The notes under the pieces are model-generated. The model made no database searches. It saw only the letters and a list, made by a program, of their open reading frames with translations, and was not told where the DNA came from. This document shows, one piece after another, positions 21,361-33,006 of a DNA stretch of 64,000 nucleotides (position 1 is the first letter of the stretch; each line of letters opens with the position of its first letter). The DNA comes from Callorhinchus milii (Eukaryota), in NCBI RefSeq assembly GCF_018977255.1, contig NW_024704742.1:113400001-113464000 (forward strand), in the 5' to 3' direction. The position numbers and the translations under genes were made by a program.

Positions 21361-23714
21361 TGATACACATAAAAGCTAAGATGGAGACGAGTGTTACTCT
21401 AATTCTGCACATGTGAAGGATGTACTCAATGAGATGAACTTAAAGTGTTACCAAAACTGTGATAAGACTATTTTTACTTAATGTAAAATGCCATTTTCAT
21501 ACATGCCAAATCCATTTTTTTCCTTTATTGTAATGTACCGTACAATCATTGAAATATTAAAAATAATATAATTTTTTTTATAGGCAGCTGCACCTAGATA
21601 TAGCACAGTTTTTATTAAAAAGAGAGAGAAATTGTATAGCAAAAAGCTACCCTAAACATTGGCCTGAGAATGTTTAACATATGGTGCATTCAGGTATGAG
21701 ATGGGCATGCCATAGCTAGACCTAAATAATCAATTGTAAAATGTATGTTTCTTGGACAATCTCTGCCTTCTATGGGGCATAAAAACATTCAAATCGCATC
21801 TTATTTTCTATGCATTGTAAATTTTAGTGGTTCCCTGGCCTTCAGAGTTCGTCAGTAAAGAGAGATCTGAATTGTTTTCTGGATTTAGCCTTAGGATTCT
21901 AAGATAACACAGAATTTTCAAAAGCTCTTCAATGTAAAAGTCATTTCAAAAACCCATCTGAGCAAAACCAACTTCCAAATTAAGATTCGATTTAAGAAGT
22001 TTACCAAGATTAGACACAATCTTATATTTTAACTGCTTTGTCTATGCAGGATTTTCATCTTCTGTGTCTGAGTGAATCAGCAAATTAAGAGTTTGCTAAA
22101 TTCTGGAGTAAATCGAGACCCAGGTGGAATTTCTCCCAACAAGTGTCTCGTACGGCATTTGGCTTTCGTGTCAGTAACCATACATATATATATGCTGTCA
22201 AACCACTGGATTTTGCCATTTTTAATAAAATAGTTTTAACTGCTATTTTAGTTGGCTAGACTTGGCAAATTGATCCAACCAAGAAATACTGTTTCAAATC
22301 AAATCAGTGAACTTTATTTCTAAACTTTGGTCAGCAATTACTGGTTATAGTTAAGTCTGGTTCAAGAAAAGTAAAACCAATCTTACCTTGTAATTATGTT
22401 TTGCTACAAAACTCAGTTCTGATCATGCTGGAACACACAGCCAGCAAAGTGACGTTGTACCACTTTTAGTAATAAATTCAAAACTACACCACATTAATGA
22501 GGGTATGATTTTTAGCTGTTTTATTGCCGTGGACAAGATTCCAGAAGAAACTGTCTGGTATTTCATTTTTTTTAATACTTCTCCAATTTTCTTTGTGTGA
22601 TCATACTTTGGGACAAGTCATTTTGCCTCGAGTATTTTAAAAAAAGGAAATTTTTTGGGGGAGGGGGAACATATAATAGATTGTATCATTTAAAAACAAA
22701 ATGACAAGAACTTACAATCTTCACTGTAACCACAACCAAAAGCTTACTGAAGCTACAAATTTTAAAAAATCACTGTTTTATTCACATTTGGGTAAAAGAA
22801 GTGTGTGCCACAGACTTCAAGACTAAGGCAAACAATATTAAATCAGCCCAAAATGTGTTGTCCTTGGCTTAGATGTCTTTTCCAATTAATTATTGCAGAT
22901 TATTTACCACATTTTGATTGTTAAGCATTTCTGGTTGACTTCATTGTGAGTTTTTTTAACACTGAGTGAATTGTGGTCAGATTGTGGTTAACATGCTGAA
23001 TAATGAGTTGCCTGAGAAATGTGACACCTTCTTTAATCTCCTCAAATTCAGCTGAAGGTCGACTATGTTTTTAAAAGGGAGAAGCTTGCCTTCGTAGAGA
23101 TGCTTTATTCTTGGGCAAAGGGGACTGTTCCACATTTCCTCCCTTCCCTGCTCCAGAACACAGCGGCTAAGCAGCATTACACAGAATAAATAGGAAATAA
23201 ATAGTGGTGTATTTTGAGAGTTCTGCAATCTAATCTGCCATTCAGGGGGTTAATGGGTCATTAGACCTTGTGGAAAAACCCAATAATAACACTTCACTGG
23301 TATTATGTACCGTATCTCTAGTTACTGTATATGGTTAAAAAGATTTGATTCATTTGGTCTTTTACACACCCTTCAGAAATTTCATTTTATTTCACTCCCA
23401 TAACTAAAGGTATAGCTGCCTTTATTCTGCTTTATTTCATTTAATAGTCAAAGTTGCCATGGATGTATTCTTTTATAGTCTTTGAGTTTTATCCATTCCC
23501 CAGTTGGATAAGATTACTGGCTAACCAACACGTGCACAGTGTGCTACAGGCAACAGTCACATCCTGTACAGGTCAGAGGTTCTGAACAGAATGCTTCTCA
23601 CCAGGAATCATCTGTGAGGAGAACCATTGTCCAAATATGTTTTCAATCCCAATATCCTAGCAACTAAGAACACATAAAATTAAAAGGTTTGTTTATGCCT
23701 GACAGGCGAATAAA
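21361..23714 (+). other. HAPLN1: HAPLN1 3' UTR (extent uncertain); candidate poly(A) signals ATTAAA 21556 and AATAAA 22224, 22471, 23709
   Basis: AT-rich sequence after the stop with no recognisable repeats; hexamers read directly. The true cleavage site cannot be determined from sequence alone. Confidence 0.5.
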
Positions 23715-25014
23715 ACTTTATTTAATACCTGCTGGCTGTGCCATTCGCCACATTATGATGTCCATGTGGAATTTACAACTGTGCAAACTTTCTTAGTTTA
23801 AAGCTCCTGTTTGTGTTGGATTATATTCATTCTTGGTGTATTTACGTCATTTTCTGCTGTTTTGTGACCTTGGATTAATAGGTATCTTCTCCATCTATGG
23901 CATTGTGCACCTGTCACTGTCCTTGACAATGAAGCGGTGAAATATGCCACTAAATACATCATGATAATCTATAGTCAACCTCTGTACACTAGATTTCTAA
24001 ACTGGAGAAGACTGTCCAGTCGTGAAAGCCACAAGATCATCTCTTAGGTTGGACAGGCTCTATGGTCTATTCTCTGGAACAGCTGGACTCGATGTGATCA
24101 TGATTAATGAAAATCCTAGTATATGAATGGGATGCTTAATCATATTGTAATTTGTGTAAATTACAATATAATTAGACATCCATTCATATACTAGGGTCCA
24201 AACCTTGGCATGAATTTCTATGCTTAAACTGTTGACACAAACTTACATCTGATAAAGATGGGAATACACTGCCTCACAGACAGTGAGGAATAAAATGGTA
24301 TTGAACTGACCACCATTATGAGACCAAGATGTACTGTTACATGGTGGTTTCCTGTTGGATGTGATTTATGTATAGATGAACCTGGTGAGCAATTGGGAGT
24401 GAGTTAAAATGTTTGGTTTGTGACTGTTGTATTCCAATGGAAACATGCCATGTGCCAGTTTACCATGGTGATTTTGTGTTTTTTGACTTTAGAAATATTT
24501 CAATCCATTTTGAAGGGCTTTTGGGGGGAGCCCAGTGAATTGTTGTCTGATTTTGCTTAGTAATGTGGTCGCAGTCAAGATCTGTTCCTAATTTCAGGTC
24601 ATCTCAGTATTGATCATATTAGCACCATGATCCTAAAGGCTGATCTGGGTTAGTGTGAGAATCTTTATTAGGATAAAAAGTGCAACTGTGGAGGTAGAGT
24701 GCACAAATTGGCAGGAAGACTCTGCTGACACAGGGAGCAAGAGTGTGCTGGAGAAAAATAAATATTCTACAGGTCTTGGGCAGGGGATTGATGGAATTAA
24801 GAGGAGAGACTAGATTGATGCTTAGGTGTAAGACTGTGGCAACTGAGAATGTTGTCCTCTGTTGAGTGACACTTTGCTGGATGGGAAGTCAGACTCACTA
24901 GATTGGAGATTGAGTTGGGAGAGAGACTCTATCGAGCTGGAGTGGGGAGAAAAGATTTTCATTAGGTGTCTGAAATTATATATGGTGGCCTGTGTACGAG
25001 AATGTTGTGGCAGT

Positions 25015-25682
25015 TCACTACCTCACCCCTCACGCTGCTAAAACCCTGGTCCACGCCTTTGTCACCTCAAGGCTGGACTATGGGAACTCTCTCCTCGCCG
25101 GCCTTCCCGCCACCTCCCTCCACAAGCTGCAGGTCATTCAGAACTCTGCAGCTCGTGTACTGTCCCGCACCAGGCTTCGCGACCACATCACTCCCACCCT
25201 CGCTCGCCTCCACTGGCTCCCCATCCCCCAGAGGATTGATTTCAAGATCCTCATCCTCACCTATAAGGCCATCCACGGCCTTGCTCCCTCCTACCTCTCT
25301 GACCTACTATCCCCCTACCTACCTGCCCGTACCCTCCGTTCCTCCGACTCCGGTCTGCTCCACGTCCCCCGCCCCAATCGCCCTACCATCGGTGGTCGGG
25401 CCTTCAGCCTCTCAGCCCCCAGGCTCTGGAACTCCATCCCCCAGTGCCTTCGCCTTGCTTCCTCCCTCTCCTCCTTCAAGGCCAGTCTCAAAACCTTTCT
25501 CTTTGACAGAGCCTTCAGCTCCCCTCTCGACTCTCTTCCCCCTCCTCGCTCCCTCCCTTCCCTCCCCTCACCCTGACCATTTCCCCAATGCTCGGGTCCT
25601 GACCCAACTGTGCAGCGCCTTGGGACGTCCTCCTGACGTGAAAGGCGCTTTATAAATAGAATCTTGTTGTTGTTGTTGTTTT
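25015..25682 (+). mobile_element. 5'-truncated L2 LINE with an uninterrupted ORF2 C-terminus
   Basis: YLTPHAAKTLVHAFVTSRLDYGNSLLAGLP..LQVIQNSAARVL..LHWLPIPQRIDFKIL..GGRAFS..APRLWNSIP..FKASLKTFLF, then a 3' stem-loop and (TTG)n. Confidence 0.93.
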
Positions 25683-26684
25683 AATGGATTTATTTACTAA
25701 TGGACTTTTGCTACTATTCAATGCTTATTGTGCAAGTATACACATAAGATGTATCCTGTGAATAGTATCACATGGTAGAAAGATCCTAAAATAATACACT
25801 TGAGCTTCCATTATGCTTAGATGTTTCTATGATATCTTCCAATTATGCTTCTGTAATTTGGATTTAAATATCTTACGATCGTATATTTTCGAGTGTGTAT
25901 ACAACAATTTGGCATAATGTTATTATTTTGGCAATATGTTCATTGTAAAACTGTGTATGCTTCAGACAAATCTTTCAGTGTGACAATGTGAAACATTTTT
26001 GTACTAAATTCGGTTGCCTCTGAAGTGCACAAAGTACAGTCAATCATATGGCTTCAGTTATATTTCTGTTAACTCTCAGATTTCCTGTATAATAATACAG
26101 GAAAATTATCTGACAAAACTGCAGGGCAGAGGAACTATATGACCAGCTACAGTACATTCAATGTATGTAGATCACTTTGACACTCAAAACATGGAATGTT
26201 TATTCACCCTCAGGTGCATGCACAACAGAGATTGTAGATTTAGACTTAGCGTAGATAGCTCTGGTTGAGGAGCTAGCACCAGCACAGGCAGGAAGGGCTA
26301 ATTGGCCTCCTTCTGTGCTATGATTCATGACTTAATAAAAAGTAACCTGAAAAATTACTGATATGAACTGTTCTCAAATACATAAAGCCAATAAGCTGGC
26401 TCACATATCAAAAAAGATGAAGAGGCCTCCTTTATAAGCATGCAGGATATTAAAATTGACATAAACAGTTCCCTTTATAGTTTGCCAAAAAGAACATCAT
26501 ATCTAAATTTATAACGTAAGAAAGTAGGGGACAAAATCCTAAAATGAATCAGTTTGCTTTTACCTAGATAATTTCATTCCTTTGCTTGCAAAATGAACGC
26601 TCAAAAGGCAGCTTGGAATATTGGAGTATTTTAGTCAGTATTAAGCCCTCTTTCCCCAGCTCTGTTAGATACTGTGGAACTTAA

Positions 26685-26719
26685 CCCCACCCCCCCATCC
26701 ACCCCCCCCCCCACCCCCA
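26685..26719. repeat. C-rich low-complexity tract (G-runs on the minus strand)
   Basis: ccccacccccccatccacccccccccccacccccc. Confidence 0.8.
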
Positions 26720-27069
26720 CACACACCACAAGTTTTTCACTTGTTAAGAGGGTTATATGGCACAATGTCATACTCCAGGCTAACACCCCGACTAACAATT
26801 TTAGATAAAGTGCGGGTAAGCAGGAATTGCATGCTTGTATACAGTTCAGAATTATTCTTTCTTCACAACTTTAAAACACAATTTCAAAATAGTTTGGAAT
26901 TTGGAACAGCAGGGAAATGTAATAATTTCCCCCAGTCCCCCCGTTTCAAAAAAACATATTAACAACGTATTTAAGATAAATTCTGGAAGTGAGAAGGAAA
27001 AAGTACTGTATCCCTCAACCTGATTATACATATCAATGCTTTGAATATTCACCTAATGTTTACCAAGAA

Positions 27070-27193
27070 AAAATATACAATCAATCCACTTTACAATATA
27101 TTCTGTGACACGCTTTGAGACATCTCAACGACGTGATAAGGTACTATATCAAATGCAAGGATTATTATTATATAATTATATAATAATAATAAT
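27070..27193 (+). mobile_element. SINE 3' tail fragment
   Basis: CACTTTACA..TTCTGTGA..CGCTTTGAGA..CTATATCAAATGCAAGGATTATTAT. Confidence 0.8.
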
Positions 27194-29295
27194 ATGATGC
27201 ATCATGACAAATGTGGATGGTTGCACTTGTGCTTCTTATTGGTAATAATGCTCCCTTTATATCCTTTTACATTTAACTTTGAACCGCTTTGAATATTTTT
27301 CTCACGGTCAATGTTAATTCAAGTAGATTGGCGTCCTCTTAGGAATCCTCATATGTATATAGTTCACAGGCCAGTAATTGGGTCAAGATTCTGAAGTCTT
27401 CAAGCAGAGCTCCTCATTAGCATGCATCTTCTGCTTTCAGCTAGTGAAGCAATGATAGAGTAAAAGTTTGTTGCTGACTGTAATCTATATAAAGCTGAGG
27501 TCTGCTGCAATGCTCTTGCCCAAGGGAAACATGCTGGTGCTGTTTTTTTTTGCTGACTCCATTTTTTCCTGCTCTTACCCACTGCAGTGTTTTGTCACAT
27601 TGTATTCTTATTTTAAGCCGCTGAGTACATTCCCTCCACTTGCAGCAATCGGTTTCATCTCCCACCAGTCCATTTATTACTAAAAAAAAGTAATGAAGGC
27701 AAGAAAATGATTTCAAAAATGTTGTTAACACAAAAGCACATAGACCAATTTGCTTTAACCACAGTATGCATTCGATATTGTGCTACTGGGAGAAGGCTAT
27801 ATTTCAGGATTCAGTGGGCCGAGTGCTACCTTTATATGTAAATAGAATTTATAATATGCTTCTATGTTTGTATGCTGTTCTTGCATCTATTTGCACTGTA
27901 CCGCATTAGTACTATTAAAGTGTCTTCTAGATGATTACTTGGAGTACACTAACAAAATGAAACAGATTTATGAAAGTGTATAATGTAAATTGTAGTATAC
28001 ATGTGGAAAGTTAGGTAAAACTTTAATGCCCAAAGATCAATATTCGAAGGAAATCATTTCAAATATAAAACTTGTTTTTTTTTGCATTTTGTGACAGGAG
28101 CACAGCAATGCTAATAAAATATGAAAATAATTACCATTTTTATGACTGCTTTATCCAGACAGAAAGAAGAAAAGATTTGCAGCAGCAATGTATTTTGTAT
28201 TATTTCTGTAGATGCTTTAATGCAGTATTTCTGCCTGTGTCCTGTTTGCAATCATTCATTTGATGCAAAGCATTATTACATTTTCACCTGTAATTGTCTC
28301 ACAATTGATCCTGTAAATAGAGTTTCTTGAGCCCAGTAGTAAACAAAGCAAAATGCCCTATACTTCTATACTCTTACCTTTTATTCTTGGCCAGTTCATT
28401 GGATGAACTGTGGGAAAACAACTTTCAGATTAATACTCAATTTAGATAATTTCCACAATTGTCCACAATCTTAAATGTAAATAAAAAATAGAATTACAGG
28501 CTCTATATCAAATGCCAGGACTATTATTATTATGATATAACTTACAAGGTAGTCGTATTTGAAATGATGAAATGATTTTAAAATGTGAAATTGTATTTTA
28601 TCCACTAATTTTTTGGGGGGAGGAGGGGAAAGAAGTGGGTGGGGAAGCGGATCAAGGAAAACAATTGACTTCCACGGTGTGTTCCCATTGCAGCAGGAAA
28701 ATAGCTCCAGAGTTTAGAATGTGAAGCCTCATCCTCCTGCTGCAGTTCAGCTCTGCTGCATTGACTTGCTTGACAACTGCGTCATTTACATTTCATTTGC
28801 ATTTAACACGTTATTGGTTGGGTGCTGCATCACACTATCCTGAAAAGGAGCAGCACTGCCCGAAAACACAGGTTTCTGCATACAGCACCAGCTGGATTTA
28901 ACACACACTAAAGGGCTGACAAGTGCTTCAACTTCATCCTCAGGGTCCAGTTTCATTTTTGTGTCACAGATTAATCTTCCAATTAATCTGAATTACTGCT
29001 GAGGCTCGGCAGGTCCGTTGAAGAACTACGGGTTGGGATTTATACAGTGAGGTCGCAATAGAATACAATTTATATTTATATCAACACTTTTCACATCAGA
29101 AGGACATCCTAAAGCACTTAACACTGTTGGCTGGGTTCCTGAGGTGAGGGTGGGAGCTGAAAGGCGTAGGGATGGGAAAGATGACCGAAAGCACAATCAA
29201 AAGAGGTATATCTTGAGACAGACAAGAGCTTTTGGATTGTTCAGGTTTAGAAAGTTCATTGGCGCTGGTTAAACCATCGCTTGGTCACATTAATG

Positions 29296-29420
29296 AAAAC
29301 AGAAGTCACTGGGACCACGCAGCAGGTTAGGCTGCATCTATTGAGAGAGGAAAGTGAGTTAACATTTCAGATCCATGACCTTTCATCAGAACAGCATCTG
29401 CAGTATTTTGCAGTATTTTT
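29296..29420 (-). mobile_element. Single-arm Penelope-like remnant with a hammerhead-like core
   Basis: Homologous to 735-830; the minus strand reads GTT-CTGATGA-A-AGGTC-ATG-GATCT-GAAA-TGT-T-AAC. Confidence 0.65.
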
Positions 29421-29639
29421 TTACTTGGTCTCATCGTGTTATCTCTCCAGCAGTGTAAAATCACTCCATCTCTGCAATTTCAACACATTTTCCATACACC
29501 TATAGAACGATCATTTTTGTCATCTGTAATTTTTGTCAAATACATTGAACTATTGGATTTTGTTGTTTTTGTGGAGGTAGGGGAAATAGGAGGATTTCTT
29601 CCTTAGCTTTCATAACAAATGCATAGGGTACATGCAGAG

Positions 29640-29895
29640 AGAGTCCTGTAGCTCAGTAGTTAGAGCATTCGCCACACAAGTGAGAGACCTGGATTTGATT
29701 CCCGGCAGGGTGAAACCTTGGGCAAGTTTTGTTACTCCACACGCCTGATAATAATCCCTCAAAATAAAAATTGTCACATCAACCCACATCTGTTTGTGGG
29801 ACACTGCTGTGCACAATTGGCTGCCGCGTTTCGCCCACAAATATACAATTCACTTTACAGTCTATTCTGTGAAGCGCTTTGAGATGTCTAGAAGA
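29640..29895 (+). mobile_element. tRNA-derived SINE, 3'-truncated and more diverged
   Basis: GAGTCCTGTAGCTCAGT head and a body collinear with the 8938 copy. Confidence 0.85.
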
Positions 29896-29994
29896 CAGTA
29901 TGGCTGGAGTCCTGTGCCACGAAGGGCAATGCTCCAACCTTAGAGCATAGTGGCACACAAAGCAATGCTGGGATAAAGATAAAGATCGGCCTCC

Positions 29995-30900
29995 AACAAG
30001 TTGCACTTATATAGCGCCCTTCATGCAGGATAGCATCTCGGAGCACAGCACAGTGATGGTTTCGACGTTGACCAATGGAAAAGGCAGAGGAGCGGTGACA
30101 ACAGCAATTTGCATTTATATGGCACCTTTCATGTGGGGTAGCGTCCCGGAGCGCTTGCCAGTGGTGGAGTGTGACCCCAGGCCAGGGGGAGAGAGAGGGG
30201 CCAGTCACCATAAGCACAATCAAAAAGGAAGGTCTTTATGTGGAATTTAAAAGTGGTGAGAGAGGGGGCAAGGTGGATGGATTGAGGGAGGGAGTTCCAG
30301 AGCTTCGGGGCATAGTGGCTGAAAGCAAGGCCGCCGATGGTGGAGTGGAGGGGATGAGGGCCGAACAGGAGGCTGGAGCCAGCCGAGATGAGACAGAGGG
30401 AGGTGGAGTGTGGGGTAAGCAACTCAGATAGGTAGAGAAGTGCAAAAGTATGAAGGGATTTGAAAATGAGTGAGATAATCTTGAAGTCGATCCGTTCGGC
30501 AATTGATAGCCAGTGCAGCCTGGTATGGACTGGTGTGATGGCGGTCTGGAGTATTTTGTGGGTTTGTATCCGGGTTGTGGAAATCTGAATTAATTGTATT
30601 TTGTGTATGGTGGAACTGGGGAGACTAGCGAGGAGGGCATTTGAAAAGTCCAGCCGGGAAATGACAAAGGCGTGGATGCGGGTTTCAGCTGCTGTGAGTG
30701 TGAGGAATGGATGGAGGTGGGCAATGTGGCAGAAGGGAATAAAAGCGGTCCTGGTCAGGGAATGGGTTTGTGGGAGAAAGGAATGCTGTGGATTGAACCT
30801 GATGCTTAAATTTCACATGGATTCAGTGAGTTTGAGGGAGAGCCCAGCGAGGTTGAGGAGTTTGAACCTGCAGGAAAGAAGAGTTCGAATGTGCGGTTGA
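29995..30900 (-). mobile_element. L2 LINE 3' fragments (two adjacent tails)
   Basis: IGGLAFSHYAPKLWNSLPQSI..FKFHIKTFLFDCA on the minus strand; tails near 30000-30060 and 30095-30160. Confidence 0.85.
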
Positions 30901-32686
30901 AGAGGTAGGTCTTAAGGTGGAATTTAAAATCCATCACTTGTCATTAACTAACAGTAAAATTGGAACATTGAATTGCATTACATATGATTTCAGAAATTAT
31001 GAACTGTCCATCCCTTCCAAAAGTCCCTATGGAAACTCTCTACTCTTGGCATACAAGAGAGGAAACAATCTGAATCTGCCATGTTTTGCCCACAAAATAT
31101 ACATCAATTTATTTTACAGTATATTCTGTGAAGTGCTTTGAGATGTCTCGAAGACATGATAAGGCCCTTTATCAAATGCAAGGATTATTATCATAGAATT
31201 ACATTCAACCAATTAGTCTGTGCCTCCACCCATTCTAATTGCCCCCTCACTAGTCTCCCTCCATACTCTTCTATTCCTTTCTCTCATGATGCATGAAGTT
31301 TCCTCTTAAGTCTGTTGATGCTTTCTGCTTTAACAACGACCTCCGGCAATGAGCTCCACCTTATCACTCTCTATGTATAGAAAGTCCTCCTAAGCATTCT
31401 ATTAGATTTTCCTACAAATACAGTCACTATACTTGATAGGTATTACTTGTGAAGTAAAGCACTTTGAGACATTTCAACATTAAAGGCACTCTATGAAATG
31501 CAAGAGTTATTATTACTATTAATTTTAATAATAAAGCACTCTCTGTGCAGTGCTATCCACCAGCTTGAGTACATTTGCACCATTCTCTTTCTAATTATGT
31601 GTCCTGCCAACAGCACTTTCAGCCACTTTCAACTGAATATACTTGGGGGGAAAATTGATCTGTCATGATGTTTGCTTTCAAACACCAAGACTGATTGTCA
31701 GGTTCCTCAGAGACTGGCGTAGTATGATGCAAGTAATTGGCACTTCAGATCTGAAATCTCATTTCAAACAATGTATGGCAGGTTTGCAAAATCTTACAAT
31801 AATAATCCTTGCATTTGATATGACGCCTTATCGCGTCATTAAAAAGTCTCAAAGGGCTTCACAGAATATATTGTAAAGTGATTTGAATCTTCTATTCGGC
31901 ATAATCCTTTCCATAGTATAGAGTGTTTGGTATTCAAAATCTGTTTATGGTTTGATTCTTATCTCAGTCTTTGTGACAAAATTAGCACAACCTCTGTTAA
32001 TTATCGACACTTTCATTCTTCAAAATACTTCAAGTCTCATATGTATGAATATAACTGCATGATATTAATGCAAATAGAATAACAGGGAATTCTGGCCCAC
32101 AATGCTCCAGACTAATATTGTACAATTTACATTTATATAGCCCTTTCACGTCAGGAGGATTTCTCAAAGCACTATGCACAGCTGTTTGTGGGACCTTGCT
32201 AGCATATTTGTCTAATGATGGTCTAAAAACAGTCACTTCGCTTGGCAAGAAATGCCCATGAAACTTTAAGACATGTTAAAATAATAAGATGCTATAAAAA
32301 TGCAAATTCTTTTTTACAAAGTAATTGGCTTTCGAAAGTTCAATTAAACTGAAGAAAACATGATTTATCTGCAATAAAGTAAGGTTGTGCCCTTCATGTG
32401 GAGTAGTATTTCAAAACTTTTAACAAAATGGCCAACAAACACCCAAATAAATTGGTCATTCACTTCATAGCTATTGTGGGATATTATTCGATGCAAATTG
32501 GCTGCTGAGTTTGCCTACAAAATAGATAGTCATGATACTCTAGAGCAATTACCTGTGAAGTCTTTCGAACTTATGTTAAATGCATGAATTATTATTATTT
32601 AACAGTTATCATAGTTGAGGGTTTGCATCCATTGGGGGACATTGCTTGTGTAGCGATATGTCAAAAAGGACCAAACGTTCAATGAA

Positions 32687-33006
32687 TAATAATAATAATA
32701 ATAATCCTTGCATTTGATATAGCGCTTTTCATGTCGGGAGGACGTCCCAAAGCGCTTCACGGAACACACCGTAAAGTGAATTGACTGTATATTTGTGGGC
32801 GAACGTGGCAGCCAATTGCGCACAGCAATGTCCCACAAACAGTCGTAGATTGAAAATGACCAATTTATTATTGTTTTGGGTTTTGGAGGGATTATTATTA
32901 GGCGTGTGGAGTAAGGAAACTTGCCCAAGGTTTCGCCCTGCCTGGAATTGAACTCAGGTCTCTCGCTTGCAAAGCGAGTGCTCTAACCACTGAGCTACAA
33001 GACTCC
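32687..33006 (-). mobile_element. Full-length young tRNA(Ala)-derived SINE
   Basis: Reverse complement of the 8938 copy; ATGAA direct repeats at 32682-32686 and 33007-33011. Confidence 0.93.

Noticed and set aside
24966..25655. 229-aa Pro/Ser-rich ORF
   Set aside because: Alternative frame of the C-rich L2 fragment; the overlapping 194-aa frame is the L2 ORF2 remnant.
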